Assembly (NCBI GenBank): GCA_964016885.1
Contig: OZ024740.1
Coordinates: 159,712,001 to 159,776,000, forward strand
Source of the DNA: Eledone cirrhosa
Taxonomy: Eukaryota
Direction: 5' to 3'
DNA length: 64,000 nucleotides
Part shown: in pieces, positions 1 through 16,082 of the stretch
How the letters are laid out: the number at the start of each line of letters is the position of its first letter
Position numbering within the stretch: position 1 is the first letter of the stretch
The notes under the pieces: model-generated
What the model saw: the letters and a program-made list of their open reading frames with translations, nothing else
Databases searched by the model: none
Told to the model about the DNA's origin: nothing
Made by a program: the position numbers and the translations under genes

Positions 1-375
1 CCGTTTTACGTCCGTTCTTCCAAGCTAGCATGGGTTAGACGTGTTGTCCTGCTGTAGGCGGTGTCCGGTTGGCTGCCCTTGTCTTACTCATACAGGAACT
101 GATTCTGGCTTGATTTCTACAGCTGGATGCTCTTCCTAACACCAACCTCATGTACAGTGAGTGCAGGGTGCTTTTTTTTCTGTGGTGCCTACACGTCCAC
201 TTTTACAGTGTGGGCTGGGTGCTTTTTTTCCATGGCACCTCCACGACCACTTTGCAGTGGAATGATAGGGACCCCAGTCCTATCATCTCATTTCTACAGC
301 TGAGTAAACTGGAGCAATGTGAAATAAAGTGTCTTGCTCAAGGAAACAACACATCACCCGTCCGAGAATTGAACT
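1..375 (-). mobile_element. tRNA-SINE with RTE-LINE-derived 3' tail, head-truncated
   Basis: 1-~250 is the reverse complement of the RTE 3' UTR at ~34760-35010; ~250-370 matches the body of the complete SINE at 49584-49931. Confidence 0.8.
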
Positions 376-789
376 CACTAATGGAAAAAAAAAACGTTTT
401 GTAAAAAGAGCTATACTTGTGCACGTGCGTTAGCAGGTGTATGTGTTTATATATGTATATATACACACACTCACACATATACATAAGCATACATACACAG
501 AGACGTTTCCATGCGAGTGAGACATGGTTTTCAGACCATTCTCGCATCAAATGGAACAAAAACCGTCTAACCCATGCTTGCGTGGAAGATGGACGTTAAA
601 CAATGATGATGAGGATATATATGTATTATGTGGCTAGGCTTACCTGCTGCAATTTTCAATTTGTCTAGCTGTCTAACGTGTGTAATTACTCTAAGGTGAC
701 ACAATTTTATTGAGTGCTTTGCTGCACATTCCTAAATGTATATCGTTAGCTTGGCCACAGCCAAAGCTTCGATTTTACTAAACTTCCAC

Positions 790-939
790 TTGTATATATA
801 TATATTTTTATGTATATGTGTAGTATATATATATGTGTTTATATGTATATATATATATGTTTGTGTGTGTATATATATATATATATATATGTGTGTTTAT
901 AAAAAAATATGTATATATATATATGTGTGTGTTTGTATA

Positions 940-970
<31 letters not shown>

Positions 971-1110
971 ATGTGTGTGTGTGTGTATGTGTGCGTGTAT
1001 GTATATGTGTGTATGTGTGTGTGTGTGTATATATGTGTGTGTGTATGTATATATATATGTTTATTTACATTTACATATTTGTATATATATATATATATAT
1101 ATATTTACAT
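790..1110. repeat. (TA)n/(TG)n compound microsatellite
   Basis: Direct inspection; explains the YI/CV-repeat ORFs. Confidence 0.95.
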
Positions 1111-2339
1111 GCATATAAAACGTATAAATATATAACTATTGCTGTCATTCACAAGCATTTATACCATCTCTATCCTGCTCCCTTGATGGAGTGGAATATC
1201 CAGGAAGGGACAGCTAAAGGTTTGCATTAGTCTTAGGATGGTACTTTTAAATGACAGGTAAAAAGACGACAACAAGATTTGAACACTGAGTGCAGAAACC
1301 CATGATAAATATCATAACACATTCTATGTAGTGCTCTACCACTTCATTTTCTAAGAAGTAAAGAAACTTTGAAGTCACTGGCACTTATATAGACACATAC
1401 ATATAAATATATCTATCTATCTATCTCTTTCTATATATATATATACGAGTATATATATATATACATATAATATATTACAATTTTCTCTATATCTAAAAAC
1501 GTTGATTTCTAGGATTGATTTTTTTTTCTTTGAAAACAAATTCTATATATATAAACAAATAAAAACATGAATAGCCATAAATAATAGAAATAGAATCCCA
1601 CAAAAAACTGTTTTAATGCTGAAATATTTCAATCATTTAGCTAAAAGGTCAACGCTCAACCGTAAAGTGTAAAGGGGTTATTTCAATATAGTAGGGAGTC
1701 ACAACAAATCATAACACTCTCTCTCTCTCTCTCTCTTTAGTATTGAGAACAAATTCAAAATTCTAAAAATTAATCAACCGTACAAATTAGAAAATTAACG
1801 AAGACATTTCATTAAAATCATAATAATTATTTGTTTCAATGTCAGTTGTTCTTTGATAATTGTTTCTTTCATCTGACCATATCAGGGGAAAATTTTACTC
1901 CAACAATGGCCTTTTTTATTATTATTTTTTTTTTGTCTTGGTGGTGCTGCTGGTGGAGCTTTTAATAAAATTATCATTTATATGTACTGAAATAAAATAG
2001 AATGAAAAATATAATCTTAACATAGAATTTTAAGATTCATGTTGATATAATATAGAAGTTAAGGCAGATTATTAACAGAGTTATTATAGTATCAGATTAA
2101 ATGCTCTGTAGTGTTTCTTGCAACCCTCTGCACTTTGACTTCAACTTCACTTTTGGGTTTGATAAAATAACATATCAGTCCAGAACAATGGATTACTAAA
2201 GTTGTTAAAGCATCAGACAAGACACTTTGCAGTATTTGTTCTGGTTCTTTGCATTCAGGTCAACTCTGGTCACACCAATGATCAAAAGCAATTTTACCAT
2301 GACTATCCTGTCTTTCTAGAAGATTATGAGACGGATACA

Positions 2340-2600
2340 CTATGTACTGTGCTAAGAGTCATAGAATCTGTGTTGAATATTGTGAAGAGAAATGAAATGA
2401 GATGGTTGGATCCTGTGTTGAGGAAATATGGAAATAACTGGAAGAGAGAAGAGATGGAAATGAATGTGGAAGGAAGTAGTGGAGGTGAAAGACCAAGAAA
2501 GACATGACTAAAAATAATGGAGGAGAAAATGAAAGCCAAAGGTTGATGTGGGAGATGCAGCGAATAAGGGAGAATAGAGAAGTTTATTATAAGGCCTACA
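2340..2600 (+). mobile_element. Highly degenerate RTE LINE C-terminal remnant
   Basis: Translation MRWLDPVLR...VEGSSGGERPRKT* resembles the RTE C-terminal LRWYGHV...GRPRKTW. Confidence 0.5.
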
Positions 2601-5600
2601 TGGCTCATTTCTGCTTTAGCAGGGGTAATAGTCTTAAAACACATGTTGTATTCTTTTCTTTTTGAGGAATATAGCACTATAATATTCATTGCCTCATTCT
2701 TTTTATTCAAATAGTGGAGCGTGATTCAATGGAGATTTTGCTGCTATTGGGAGCAGAACGTGCAACCATATAAAAGCCTACTGGTTGACTCTTCTGGGTG
2801 CCTCTAAATTTCTGATGGTGAAATTACATTAGAATGAATGAGGGCTGTGGCTGTTGTTCTTTATATTTAGGTCAGCCCTGAAAGAGCAGACCTATGATCA
2901 AATGCATTCCATCTAAGACCATTGTCTTTGTTTACAAACACAATGTTCCCAGAAACACATTATCTAAAGTGTTAGGGTGTGTTTTGAGGGAGATTTTGAT
3001 GCTATTTGTAAGAAGTCAAGTGATCGCATAAGCAGCATGAGCCATTTTCTTAACTCTAAGTTTATCTTCAGGAATGAGGAATAGAAAAACTAACACTACA
3101 GATTTATCAATATACTTAAGGTAACATAGAGGAAGTTCTTTAGTTTTATCAAGTTCATATAAACCTTTGTAGTGTTGGTGCCATGATAAAATGCGCCCTG
3201 TACACTCCATTAAGTGGTTGGTATTAGGAAGGTCTTCCAGTTGTAGAAACCATGACAAAAATTTGTGGTCCTCCAACCTATTTAAGGGGGCAGTAATTTT
3301 GAATAAAAACTCATTGAGGCTGTAACATCTCATTCAACCAATGCCGGCATGGAAAGCAGAAGGGTAGATGATGATGGTATCAGTGGTTAAATGTTCATAG
3401 GGTAGAATATTTAGGTATTCAATGATTAATTGTCAAATACTTCATATTGTGTATAAATGGAGCAAAGCAATGCCAATTCTTAAGAGCTGTAAACTATATC
3501 ATCTTGATACAACATTTACATATATTGAATTAAAAAAATTATAATATAAAAAAGCAGACATCATGTCAAAATGTCATCATGAAAGCAAATTCTACAGGGA
3601 TTTATAGCAGAGAGATAAAGGAGTATGTCACACAACCCCATTTGTAACAGCAAATGTCTTCGTTGAGCCAGTAACAGTTTTTTAATTTTCCTATTTCTTC
3701 ACTGAGATGCCAACTGATGAATATCTGGTCAGTTTGATTCTTTGAGTAATGGCTGCAGCAACAGTTAATTTGAATAGAAATATATCAAGTGTACTACTAT
3801 ATGTATTGAGTTCACATGTTGTTTGAAGGATAAATGAAATTTCAGAATCTCTCTCTTTCTTTCTTCCTATCATCATCTTACATCTGCTTTTCTATATTTA
3901 CATTAAAAGGCTTGTCAAATACAAACTGAAACTGCTCGGCATTGAGGTCGGGTTTTTGCCTTCCTTTATACCCACTCCGCTTCTTCTCATGCGTAGAGTA
4001 CTACCTTGATTTGGGATCTTCCTGGTCTCAGCACCAGACTTTATACATATATGCAATGTGTGATGATGACAGCTAAGAGTCCCAGGTAAAAACTGCAGTA
4101 GCTCAGGTTGAGTATAGACTAGTGACAAACTATCCGACCCTTGCTAGGAGAATGGACATTAAATGAAGTTGATGATGATGACAGAACCTTCCAGACAGAA
4201 CATATTGGGTAAATATAGTTTTGAATGTCTATAAAAATATGGACTGTTCATAGCTGCAATACTTTGGTAATAGGTCTGCTAAACAACAACAGCAACATCA
4301 ACAAAAATATTAATTTCACCAGTCAAGGAGATTCTGCTAAAGGTATTGGAGTTACACCTCCTTTCATTATCCTTCCCAGTATTATCCCCAGTTTATCCTT
4401 CCCAGTTTATGTCACCTTGATTAGAATTGTATAGTGAGAGAGGGAAGGGCAGTGCCTATGACACATTTCTGGGCCTTTGGCTTAGGTAGGAGGAAGGTAT
4501 CCTTAAATCAGAAGCTTAGCTTCAATGCTTGGACAGAAGTTGGATCCACTGATGTAATTCAAAGGCTAGGTGTTGGCATTAAACTGGGTGACACATTAAC
4601 TCTACCAATCGAGTAGACCACAGTGGGATTTAAGTTCAGAGCACAAGGAGTCGGAACAAATACCACATGGCATTTTGTCCTACACTCTAACAATCTAACA
4701 ATTCCACTAATTCCCTCCATCAAGGACTAGTACTTCATTGTAATGACCTCAGAATGATGAAAGGCAAACTTGACCAGAGTGGAATTTGATCTCAAAACAG
4801 TGAGATAGCTGGAACAAATACCCCATAGTTCTGCTTAGCACCATTAATGACAGCAACAACAATTTCACCAATCTGAGATAGCCTGGAAATGGTATAGGAA
4901 CTGTATCATCATTCTCCATCTTCCCTGGTTTGAATTAAGATAAAGAGAAAAAAATATGATATTCATTTAGATAACATGACTTTAAAATTGAACATGATAA
5001 CTTTAAAAATGATTTTTAATTAAACTAGGATCTGAATTACAAAATTATTGTAACATCAAATATCTTATGTTGTCATGCAATTATGATATTCAGTGGTATT
5101 ATGTGATTATAGAAAGCATGGCACTTATCATTTTCATTAACAAAAGAGGAAAACCACCTGTTATCTTATTTAAGCTTCTGCTATTTCAAATGAAATTGTA
5201 TGCTTAGTTTCTGTGTAAACACCATTATACACAAGGAAAATTACACACATTCCAATAACTAACCATCAATAGGTGGTGGTATACTGTATTTATGAATTTT
5301 CATTACAAATATAATCAGACAAAGACATAAGCAGAAAGCTCTATGAATTCCCTGTGAGGAAATTATTAATAACTAATATATCCACTTAGTTTTTTCATTA
5401 CGGTATGTTGATATTGAAACTGTCATTCATTATGTTGAAAATCCTAATGAATTGCTATTGGCCCATGCCCAGCAGAGAAGATTCTTCACTACCTTTTAAT
5501 AAATGTATGCGTTCCTTTCTGAAAGCTTGCTTTCTCTTTTTAAATGCAAACATATTCATAACTTTTCATTGCAATTCTGTCATGATTTTCATGCGGCCAT

Positions 5601-6671
5601 TCTTTCGAGCTAAGTAATTAACAAATTAATAGTGGCACCTCTTCATATAACTCTTCATAGTTATAAACCATCATAACTATCATTCTGCCCAATCACCTGA
5701 CTCACCATTCATCACAGATTCCAAACAGAAATTATAAGGGGGGAAAAATACAAAGAAAAATAAATAAAATGAAATATTTCAATGCAACTTCTTTCTTGTA
5801 ACGTTAGATGACAACAGAAAAGTTTTTGAATTCGATAGATTTTATTACCTCAAAATTTGAAAATATATTTTATAAAACCTGGAAATTTAAAGAAAACATT
5901 TTTCTTATATAATTTAAAAAAAAAATATTTTTAAATATTTTTCTGATATGCTGAAGATTGATAAGTGCCCTTATCAATATGATTATATGATTATTCTTAA
6001 CTGTGCCCATGCTACCACAACCACCATCAGCAACCTCAAAGTTGACCTGAGCAAGTTTTGAACATGGAAAGCTGAAACAAATATTCTCAAGGTTTCTCTC
6101 TGATGCTCTAACGACTCTGCCAGTCCCCATAAATAACTGTAAATAAGTTAAATATGTATCAAATGGCAGTGCAATTGTAGAGCTTGGGAGCATTGTATAA
6201 CAAGTGGATGTCCGCTTAGTTAGATTGTGCTACTTCTTATGAATGTCTCTTTGTGAGGGATGGATTTTGCTAACACTTAGGGAGCCTCTATGTGGTCACT
6301 TGAACTACTAGAAAAAAGCCATATTGGAGATAATGTGCTTCTGAGTTCTCTGCAAACAGGAAAGAGATGGGATGGTCATTGCTGGAATGACTTTGATAAA
6401 AGATTTGCTTGATCATTCAGCCTGTTTGAAAAGTGGAAGCCAGTTCTTACTTAAATCCCACTCCAACATCTTAATAAATGGAAATACATGTTAGCTAATG
6501 TAGAGCTACTTAGATAAACTATGAAAAAACAAATATTGCGTGGTTATGGTTGGAATTTGATTACAGGTTTGTTCAATCAGGGTTAAACAAAGACTAATGT
6601 TGTAGTTCTTTAAATTCAACATGTGCTTTTAAAAAAATTACCATTATAAATGAGCTAATGGGGGTGGAGAA

Positions 6672-6875
6672 TTAGCAGAGTTGTTAGAGCATTGGACAAA
6701 ATTCTTAACAGTATTTAGTTATGGCTATTTAGGTTCTGCGGTTAAATATCACAAAAGTCAATTTTGCCTTTCACCCTTCCAAGTTCGATAAAATAAGGTA
6801 TCAATCAAGAACTGGGATTGATATAATCAACCCCACCAAATTGCTACCCATATGCCAAAAATTAGAAACCATTAT
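6672..6875 (+). mobile_element. Degenerate tRNA-SINE with Nin-like central domain
   Basis: Same layout as 7012-7192 (ttgcctttcacccttcc...gataaaataa...gccaaaattagaaac). Confidence 0.6.
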
Positions 6876-7011
6876 GATTGAGCTTATGAGAGAGCATCTA
6901 GATGGTTGCTCTACCTACAAGAAAAAGCAACTAAATCTACTTCATATCAAGATACATTAGATAATTTAGTCCTATGTGATTTTTTTTCTAAAATGAGTGG
7001 ATTATCATGAT

Positions 7012-7192
7012 TGGCAGTATCGGTAGAGAGTTGGACACCATGCTTTGCAGCATAGAGTTACAGTCCTTTATCGTCTGAGTTCAAATCCCACCGAGGTAAA
7101 CTTTGCCTTTCATCCTTACAGGGTCGATAAAATAAAGTACCAGTAATGCACTGGGTAATTACTGGCCTTGTGCCAAAAGTAGAAACAATTAT
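7012..7192 (+). mobile_element. tRNA-SINE with Nin-like central domain
   Basis: B-box-like gagttcaaatcc, then gcctttcatccttacagggtcgataaaataaagtaccag and the tail ggccttgtgccaaaagtagaaacaatt; many copies in the window. Confidence 0.75.
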
Positions 7193-10100
7193 CATGGCAG
7201 GAGAATCTTTGATAAATAAATCTTTGCAATCAGGGTTACCTAGGGTTCAACAAGATTTCCTTGTCTCATATGAAGAAATTTGGTTTTGTTGTTTAGTCCC
7301 ATGTTTTCCCATAATTGAATGACTTATGACCAGGGGCATTCTAACCATGCCCATCCCACATTCTGCTTTTTCTTATGACGCATAGAATCCTCAACCACAT
7401 TATTTAATGTCCATTTTTAAAAAAAAATAGGGTTTAATTTAAGAAGCATTTGGTTAGTACTTCTAGCAGGCCAAGCAACCATGTAAAGATTTCTATTGTG
7501 TTGCTGTTGTTGATCAGACATTCCAGCCTTTTTTCTATGAGTTGGGAAATGACGTCCAAATTGCATTATCCGATCTGTTAATTTTAAAGTTGATATGGTG
7601 ATTTGAGGATGATTTAGCAGCTATATCTGTGTGAATAACCACACAGATTCTTTCATCAGTTATATATGTTAACTCCAGGTCAGCCCTGATTGAACAGAAC
7701 TATGTTCAAAAGCATTCCAACCATGATTAAATCATGTGATTGGTCCAGGATAAACAAGATCACATCACATTAACCAATTAATTATTTTCTAAGATGACAG
7801 AGTGTTTGGTTTGAAGGAAATTTGGCTTCTATTACTATCAGATCAAGCAGCGACATAGAAACTTCCAACAGTGTTAACTCGAGGAGTGTGAGAGTGAGGT
7901 GAAAGTTTTGAAACATTCATGTCAGAACACTATAAAATGTTCATTATTTTAGCTTGACTAGAATTGTTCGTAAGATGTGTTTTATTTTTCTCCAATCTTT
8001 ACTAAGTTTACAATTACTTTATACAGTATATTTTTATTTATTTATTTTATGGTGGTGGGCAAGGATTAGCTGGTGTTTGTTTAAACTTTATTTATCAGTT
8101 CATGTCAATCTTCAATAACGAAGTAGAAAGAATTTAATAAATGAGCTAGTCCATGAACAAAGCAGTCTGACGATTTTTTTCATCTCAAATCAAATCTCAT
8201 TTACCCATTATCTTTCTGAAAGATGTTCTTCTATTTTAAATTTAAATTTAAAATTTCTTTAGATTTTTTATTAATTCAAAATATTTCTTTTAAAATTTTA
8301 CTTAACCTTTTACTTGCTGTGGTTATGGGAGAGTGGGTTTTTTTTTCTATTTAGTATTTTTATGTATATTTTTTCTATTACTATTTGAATATCTCTGTTT
8401 GTTGATATCCGTCCATCCAATTTAAGAGTTTCAAAAGTAGTTTAGTTTCAATTGCTAAAATCAGATGAGACAAAAAAAAAATAATAAATTCATAAAAGAG
8501 AGAAAGAAAAAATATAATTAAAATGTTACTTTTTTAAAATTTTAAAATATAAAAAAAATTGTTTTTACTAGTGAAATTTATCTATTTTCTGTTTGTTATT
8601 TTTTTCTTCCTTAACCAAAAGAAAATATCTCAAAAGAAAAAGAAAAAAAATAGTCTGTCTCTTGAATAGAATTCAAAAATATATATTATTACTGTTATCA
8701 AAATTCTAAATTTTATCCCCTACCCACAGACATTAAAATATCCTTATAGACCATCTTTAAATTAAAGTTTATTATTATTGTTGTTGTCACCATCATTATC
8801 GCCATTATTATCATCATTATTGAAAATAAGAAGAAATGAAAATTAAAGGAAATTATACAAAAATAACAAAGAATTTAAAATAAACATATATATATATATA
8901 TAAATAGAAAAACAAACAAAACCCATCCAACTACAAAAATTATGATGGTTTCAATGAAAGTGTTTTCCATTAAATGACTATTGGTAAATGTGTGAAAATA
9001 TCTTCAATCTGTTTCTATATTGCAATGACTTAAGTCACGCAAAAGTTAAACACTATTGGGAGACACAATGTGGGCTGCTGCCATATGTGTGTATGAACTG
9101 TGTGTTTGGCAGAGAACTAAATGTTTGATGATGATGGTTGATTGCCCTATAACTGCATTACATTCAAGTTAACAAAGGAGCCTTCAATTGGTTGAGTGAC
9201 CTGTTATAAATAGCTGTCAAATCTCTCTAAAATCATGTATCCTGGTTTCAACTCCTGTTCAGGTAAACATTGCCTTTCATCCTTATGGGGTTGATAAATC
9301 AGAACATCAGATGGGATAACTTGCAGTATCTTTTCTGGCTCTTTTCATTCTGATTTTTAATCTTGCCATGGTTAATTTGGATGGTATATTTAATCCATTG
9401 TTTGCTTTACTAGCTCCACTTGACACATAGGTACCTTTAGCAGATCCCACTCTGTTGTAAGCATTTGTGCCAGGACTTCAGTTTTAGGATATTTCCCTTC
9501 CTCTCTCCTACCAGTAGTTAACATTCTAAAAAAATATATTGTCATATGTATGGCCCTTCTTGAATAAATGATTTTAAAAAGTCACATCATACTCTTAGAA
9601 ACTATCGATTTTGGCATAGCTCCGGAAGATGTAGAACTAATCGTCAGAGGAAATCGTCTGATTCTTCTCAGTTCACTTTTTATGGTTATGCCTTAAATGG
9701 CACTTTAGTCCAGTTGCTGATTTACACATCAAACTGCATTCAGTGTATATGACAGGATTTTGAGTGGAGCAGTATGGAATGTTTGATGGGTTCTTGGAAT
9801 TAGATGGTCATGAAGATGGATCAGATGAGATTTTGCAAAGTTTCTTATACATTCATAGCAGATAGGAAGATAGGTCGCATAACCACTGTTCATTTAACTA
9901 ATAGGCTATTTGCCATTGACTCATAGATAGGTCGCACTGAAATTTGTACCGTCAAACTACTATTTTTAAAGATAATTGAAACTAATAATCTGTTAACTTT
10001 CCATCACTTCGCCGTAGCGATATATACTCCAAACCATGTTTTATTTATAATATAAACAATAACGTCATCGATATCTCGTCAATTCGAGATTACTGGGAGA

Positions 10101-10199
10101 TAAAGCCTTTAAGTGCGAAAATTAACTCTTAATATAGTGAAACAACTTGAAAAAACACGTGTTTTTTAACGTTGAAAGTATAACAGATTTTTGTATGTT

Positions 10200-10279
10200 C
10201 ACATATATGTATGTATATATACATATGTATGTATATATGTATATGTATATATATATGTGTATATATATATGTGTATATA

Positions 10280-10365
<86 letters not shown>
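10200..10365. repeat. (TA)n/(TATG)n microsatellite
   Basis: Direct inspection. Confidence 0.95.
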
Positions 10366-10366
<1 letters not shown>

Positions 10367-11816
10367 CATCATCATCATCATCATCAACGTTTAACGTCCG
10401 TGTTCCACGCTTGCATGGGTTTGGACGGGGGTAGTCCCACTTGAGGCAAGAGTGATTGTCTTGCTCGCATAGGACTGTCTGGCAGGTTTTCTACAGTTGG
10501 ATGCCCTTCCTAACACCAACCACATTTACAGTGTGGGTCTGGGAGGTTTTTACCGTGTTGCCTACACGGCCACATTACAGCGTGGACTGTGTGTTTTTTT
10601 GTCGTGACACCTACACGATCTCATTTGTTTCGGCCTGGATGGCGCGGCACCAACATAACTTTACATAGAACGGGGTGGTGTGGATGGGGTGGGGGTGGGG
10701 GTGGTGGGACGGGGTGTATTTTGTTAGAGATGCCTACTGGCTGGAGTAGGTTTTACTATATATTTAGGTAAGGCGGGTCTTCTCTGTTACTGAGTACCGC
10801 CAAAGGTCTCGGTGGTAAGGCGGGTCTTCTCTGTTTCTGAGTACCGCCAAAGATCTCGGTCCAGTGACATTGTCATGGAGAGGTGTAAGTGTGTGAGGTC
10901 GGAGTTTATCAGTTCGTCCCAGGTTTTTCTAGGTCTGCCTATTCCGTGGCTACCGTCTATCTTTATTGCCCTGCACTTTGTTATACAGCTATCGACTTTC
11001 ATGCGCATCACGTGTCCATACCAACGTAGCCTTCTCTCGAGTAAACAACATCTGATCCCTCTTATCTCTAATTTTTTCCTTAGTTCGTTTATGCTTTGCC
11101 GTTCACGTATATTACTGTTACACATCCAGCGGAGCATGCAAGCTTCGTTCCTCTCTAGTCTGCGTATATCCTCTGCACACAATGCCCAGGTCTCACTGCC
11201 ATGCAACATTGCTGTTCGTATGCAGGCATCGTACAACCTGCCTTTCATTTTTAGGGAGAACCCTTTAGCAGCTAATAATGGTATAAGCTCTCTGAACTTT
11301 TTCCAACCAGTTCTGACTCTAGCTACAGTACTTTCAGAGCACCCTCCCCCACTGCTGATTTTATCGCCCAGGTAACGGAAGCTGTCCACTATTTCTATAG
11401 AACCCTCTGCGCAATTGAAAGAGCTAGTATTGTGTGGGCACTTGCTGCTACTTATTGCACCAGAACACCGGCCACATGTAAAATCTATGTTCTTAGTTAG
11501 CTTACCTGTGATCCCACTACATCTTTTATGCACCCATACTTTGCATTTAGGACATAAAATGGAGTTTCTACCTACGCCTTTCCTACACACCGAGCACGAC
11601 CATTTCCCAGAAGGGACCGCCGCCTTGTTTTCTTTCCTACAAACTAGAACTTTGGTCTTAGCCAGGTTAATTTTAAGTCCTTTTGACTCTAGGCCGTGCT
11701 TCCATGTTTGGAATTTCTTCTCTAGCTCGGTCATTGATTCCGCTATGAGTGTCAGGTCGTCTGCGTATAGGAGTTCCCATGGGCAGCCTGTCTTGAACTC
11801 CTCTGTTATAGCCTGA
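10365..11816 (-). mobile_element. 5'-truncated RTE LINE (RT C-terminal half with PHD-like finger, 3' UTR, (GAT)n tail)
   Basis: ORF 10787..11734 has FRYLG, LYDACIRTAMLHGSETW and LRWYGHVMR; LYADDL lies just upstream; tail reads (ATC)n on +; (TA)n on both flanks. Confidence 0.93.
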
Positions 11817-12130
11817 ATATATATGTATATATATATATGTATATATATATATGTATATATATATATATGTATTGTTATGCTTTGGGAGGGTCATGTTGCC
11901 AATAAGAAACACACGCACCAGTTACTTTCACTCCAATTTATTATAAATATAAGAATTTATAAATTTCCATTTGTTTGTTTGGTTCCTCAACCGGATGGTT
12001 GTTCATATATTGTCAAAGTTCTTTCGTCACACATTCTGTGTCCTCTTTAGTGACTGGGATTATTCTCTTTGTTTTTGTGCCTCTCCATTGTTCTGTCCTA
12101 CGCCATCTTTTTTGTGTGTGTGTTGTGTGC

Positions 12131-14569
12131 AGACTTAATTTTCAGCAATCACACTGACACTATCCACAATATTGCAGTGGAGAAAACTCTACTCTCTGAT
12201 CATGACATGGTTCTCTGTGATCTGAGATTCCAGCGTCCAATATACAAACCCAATGTCATCTCTCCTGTCCATCCATTTGATGCTATTGATTTCCACAATG
12301 CAAACTGGGAAGCGATCAGTCATGATCTTGCACATGTCGACTGGTCCTTCACGCACACTCACACATCCACTAACATCAAAAAGTCCTGGCAGACATTTGT
12401 GGACACTGTTACAAACATATGTGCAAAACACACCCCATTAAGAACTATAAACAAATCTAAGAGTAGAATCCCTAGAAATAGAAAAACGCTCATCAGGAAA
12501 ATTAAGAGAACTAACAAAAAAATCAACAAGTTGAAATACTGTCAGCAGCAACACATCAACTTGACTTCCATTTCATCACTAGAGATTAAAAAACATAACC
12601 TCCAAAACAATATGATGTCTATCATCAACAATCAGAGAAGAGCTGAAGAGGCCTGGGCCATTGAGAAGATCAAACTCAATCCCAAAGTGTTCTTTTCATT
12701 TGCAAAGAAACACAAAATCACTGGCTCTACTGTTGGCCCTCTAATTGATGAAAATGGCACTCTTCAAGACAATGCTAAAACCATGGGTGAGATACTGCAG
12801 AAACAATACTGCTCTGTTTTCAGCAATCCTGATATGGCCGATCTGGGCTGTATCGGCGATGTTACTCAGCATTACACCTTATCGGACATAACGTTTGGCG
12901 CCCCTGATGTCTTAGCAGCAATAAAGGAAATCAAGCATAATTCAGCAGTAGGTCCCGATAGGTTCCCTGCTTGTGTCTTGAAGGCGAGTCAACACCAACT
13001 TGCATCTCCTCTTGCCAATCTGTGGCGGAACTCACTGGATGCTGGATATGTGACAGAAAACCTTCTATCCCAGTCTGTTGTCCCAGTTTTCAAAAAAGGA
13101 AACAAATCCCTTGCCGTGAATTACCGTGCAATCTCACTCACCTCTCATTTCATTAAGGTATTTGAGAGAGTGGTGAGATCGCGAATGACTCACTTCCTTG
13201 AGAGTAACAATATGCTGAACTCCAACCAGCATGGATTCCGTAATGGAAGGGATTGCCTGACACAGCTACTGCATCACTTTGATGACATTTTGAGAGCCTT
13301 GGGAGAGGGTTCCAACACTGATGTTATCTACCTTGATTTCAGCAAGGCCTTTGACAGGGTTGCTCACAACATTCTACTGAGAAAGCTGTCCAATATTGGT
13401 GTCACTGGAAAGCTGCTGCAGTGGATCAAGAGCTTCCTGTCAAACAGAACCCAACATGTTGTAGTCGAAGGAGTCAAATCCAGCCCAGCCAAAATCAGTA
13501 GTGGGGTCCCACAAGGCACTATGTTAGGCCCACTTCTCTTCATCATCTATATTAATGACATCACTGACATCATCAAACACAGCATCATTAGAATTTTCGC
13601 TGATGATTCCAAGCTCCAAAAGGTCATCAATGGCGTGGATGACCGGATAAGCCTTCAGTCAGACCTACTGGCTGTTACCCAATGGGCGGAAAAGAACAAC
13701 ATGTTACTGAACGAAGACAAATTCGAACTGATCCACTGTGGAAAAGAGGATGCTCTGAAACTCCCGTACTCCCTTCCCTCCGGTGAAACTCTCATTTCAT
13801 CTAACAACATCAGAGAGTTGGGAGTAACCGTGGACAGCAACATAAGCTGGGCCACGCATATAATCAGCAAAGTTGACATGGCCCGCAGAATGTGTTCCTG
13901 GATCCTCAGAACCTTCCATTCGAGAGATTCCCACACCATCATCCTTCTCTTTTCCACTTTTGCCCGACCACACCTTGAATACTGTTGTCCACTGTGGTCT
14001 CCCCACACGAAACAAAGTATCATGAAACTTGAAGCTCCCCAAAGGGCAATCACAAAAAAGATAGATGGCATGTCAGACCTTGACTACTGGGGTCGACTAG
14101 AAAAGCTGAAACTGTACTCACTCCAACGTCGCCGTGAGCGTTATATTATCTGCATGATGTGGAAAATATTTCATCAGCACAGCCCAAATGATGTTGGCAT
14201 CACTTTCAAGATACACCCAAGGCTTGGGCCCCGTGCTATCCGTCCCAAACAAAAATCTAAATCGGAACACATAACAACAATACGGCACAATTATTTCACC
14301 TCAATTGGCCCTGCTCTCTTCAACATCACACCAGGACACGTCAAAAAACAGAACTGACCACACAAAATTCAAGAAGTCTTTGGACAAATTCCTCCAAGTA
14401 ATCCTGGACAAACCACCCACACCCGGATATGTCTCCGCAAACAGTAATTCTCTTCTCAAATGGGCCATGGTGCCCAAATCCTGAGTTGAAAGGCTTCGCC
14501 AGGTGGTGCTATTAAGTTAGACATGGCCTGGGCCAATACTGGCCAAAACATTTCAAAGTTATTCAAAGT

Positions 14570-14570
<1 letters not shown>
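12131..14570 (+). mobile_element. 5'-truncated CR1-group LINE (end of APE endonuclease, RT, 3' UTR)
   Basis: DLIFSN..SDHDMV (EN end), QHGFR, DFSKAFDRV, GVPQGTMLGPLLF, FADDSKL, RPHLEYC, LYSLQRRRERY; frameshift near 14345; ends with (TTCAAAGTTA)x2 before (TA)n. Confidence 0.9.
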
Positions 14571-16060
<1,490 letters not shown>

Positions 16061-16082
16061 ATTAAATAAATGGAAAACTATA

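Noticed and set aside
5300-5730. Possible host exon or conserved non-coding element in unique-looking DNA
   Set aside because: No coherent frame with splice sites; conservation cannot be judged from one sequence
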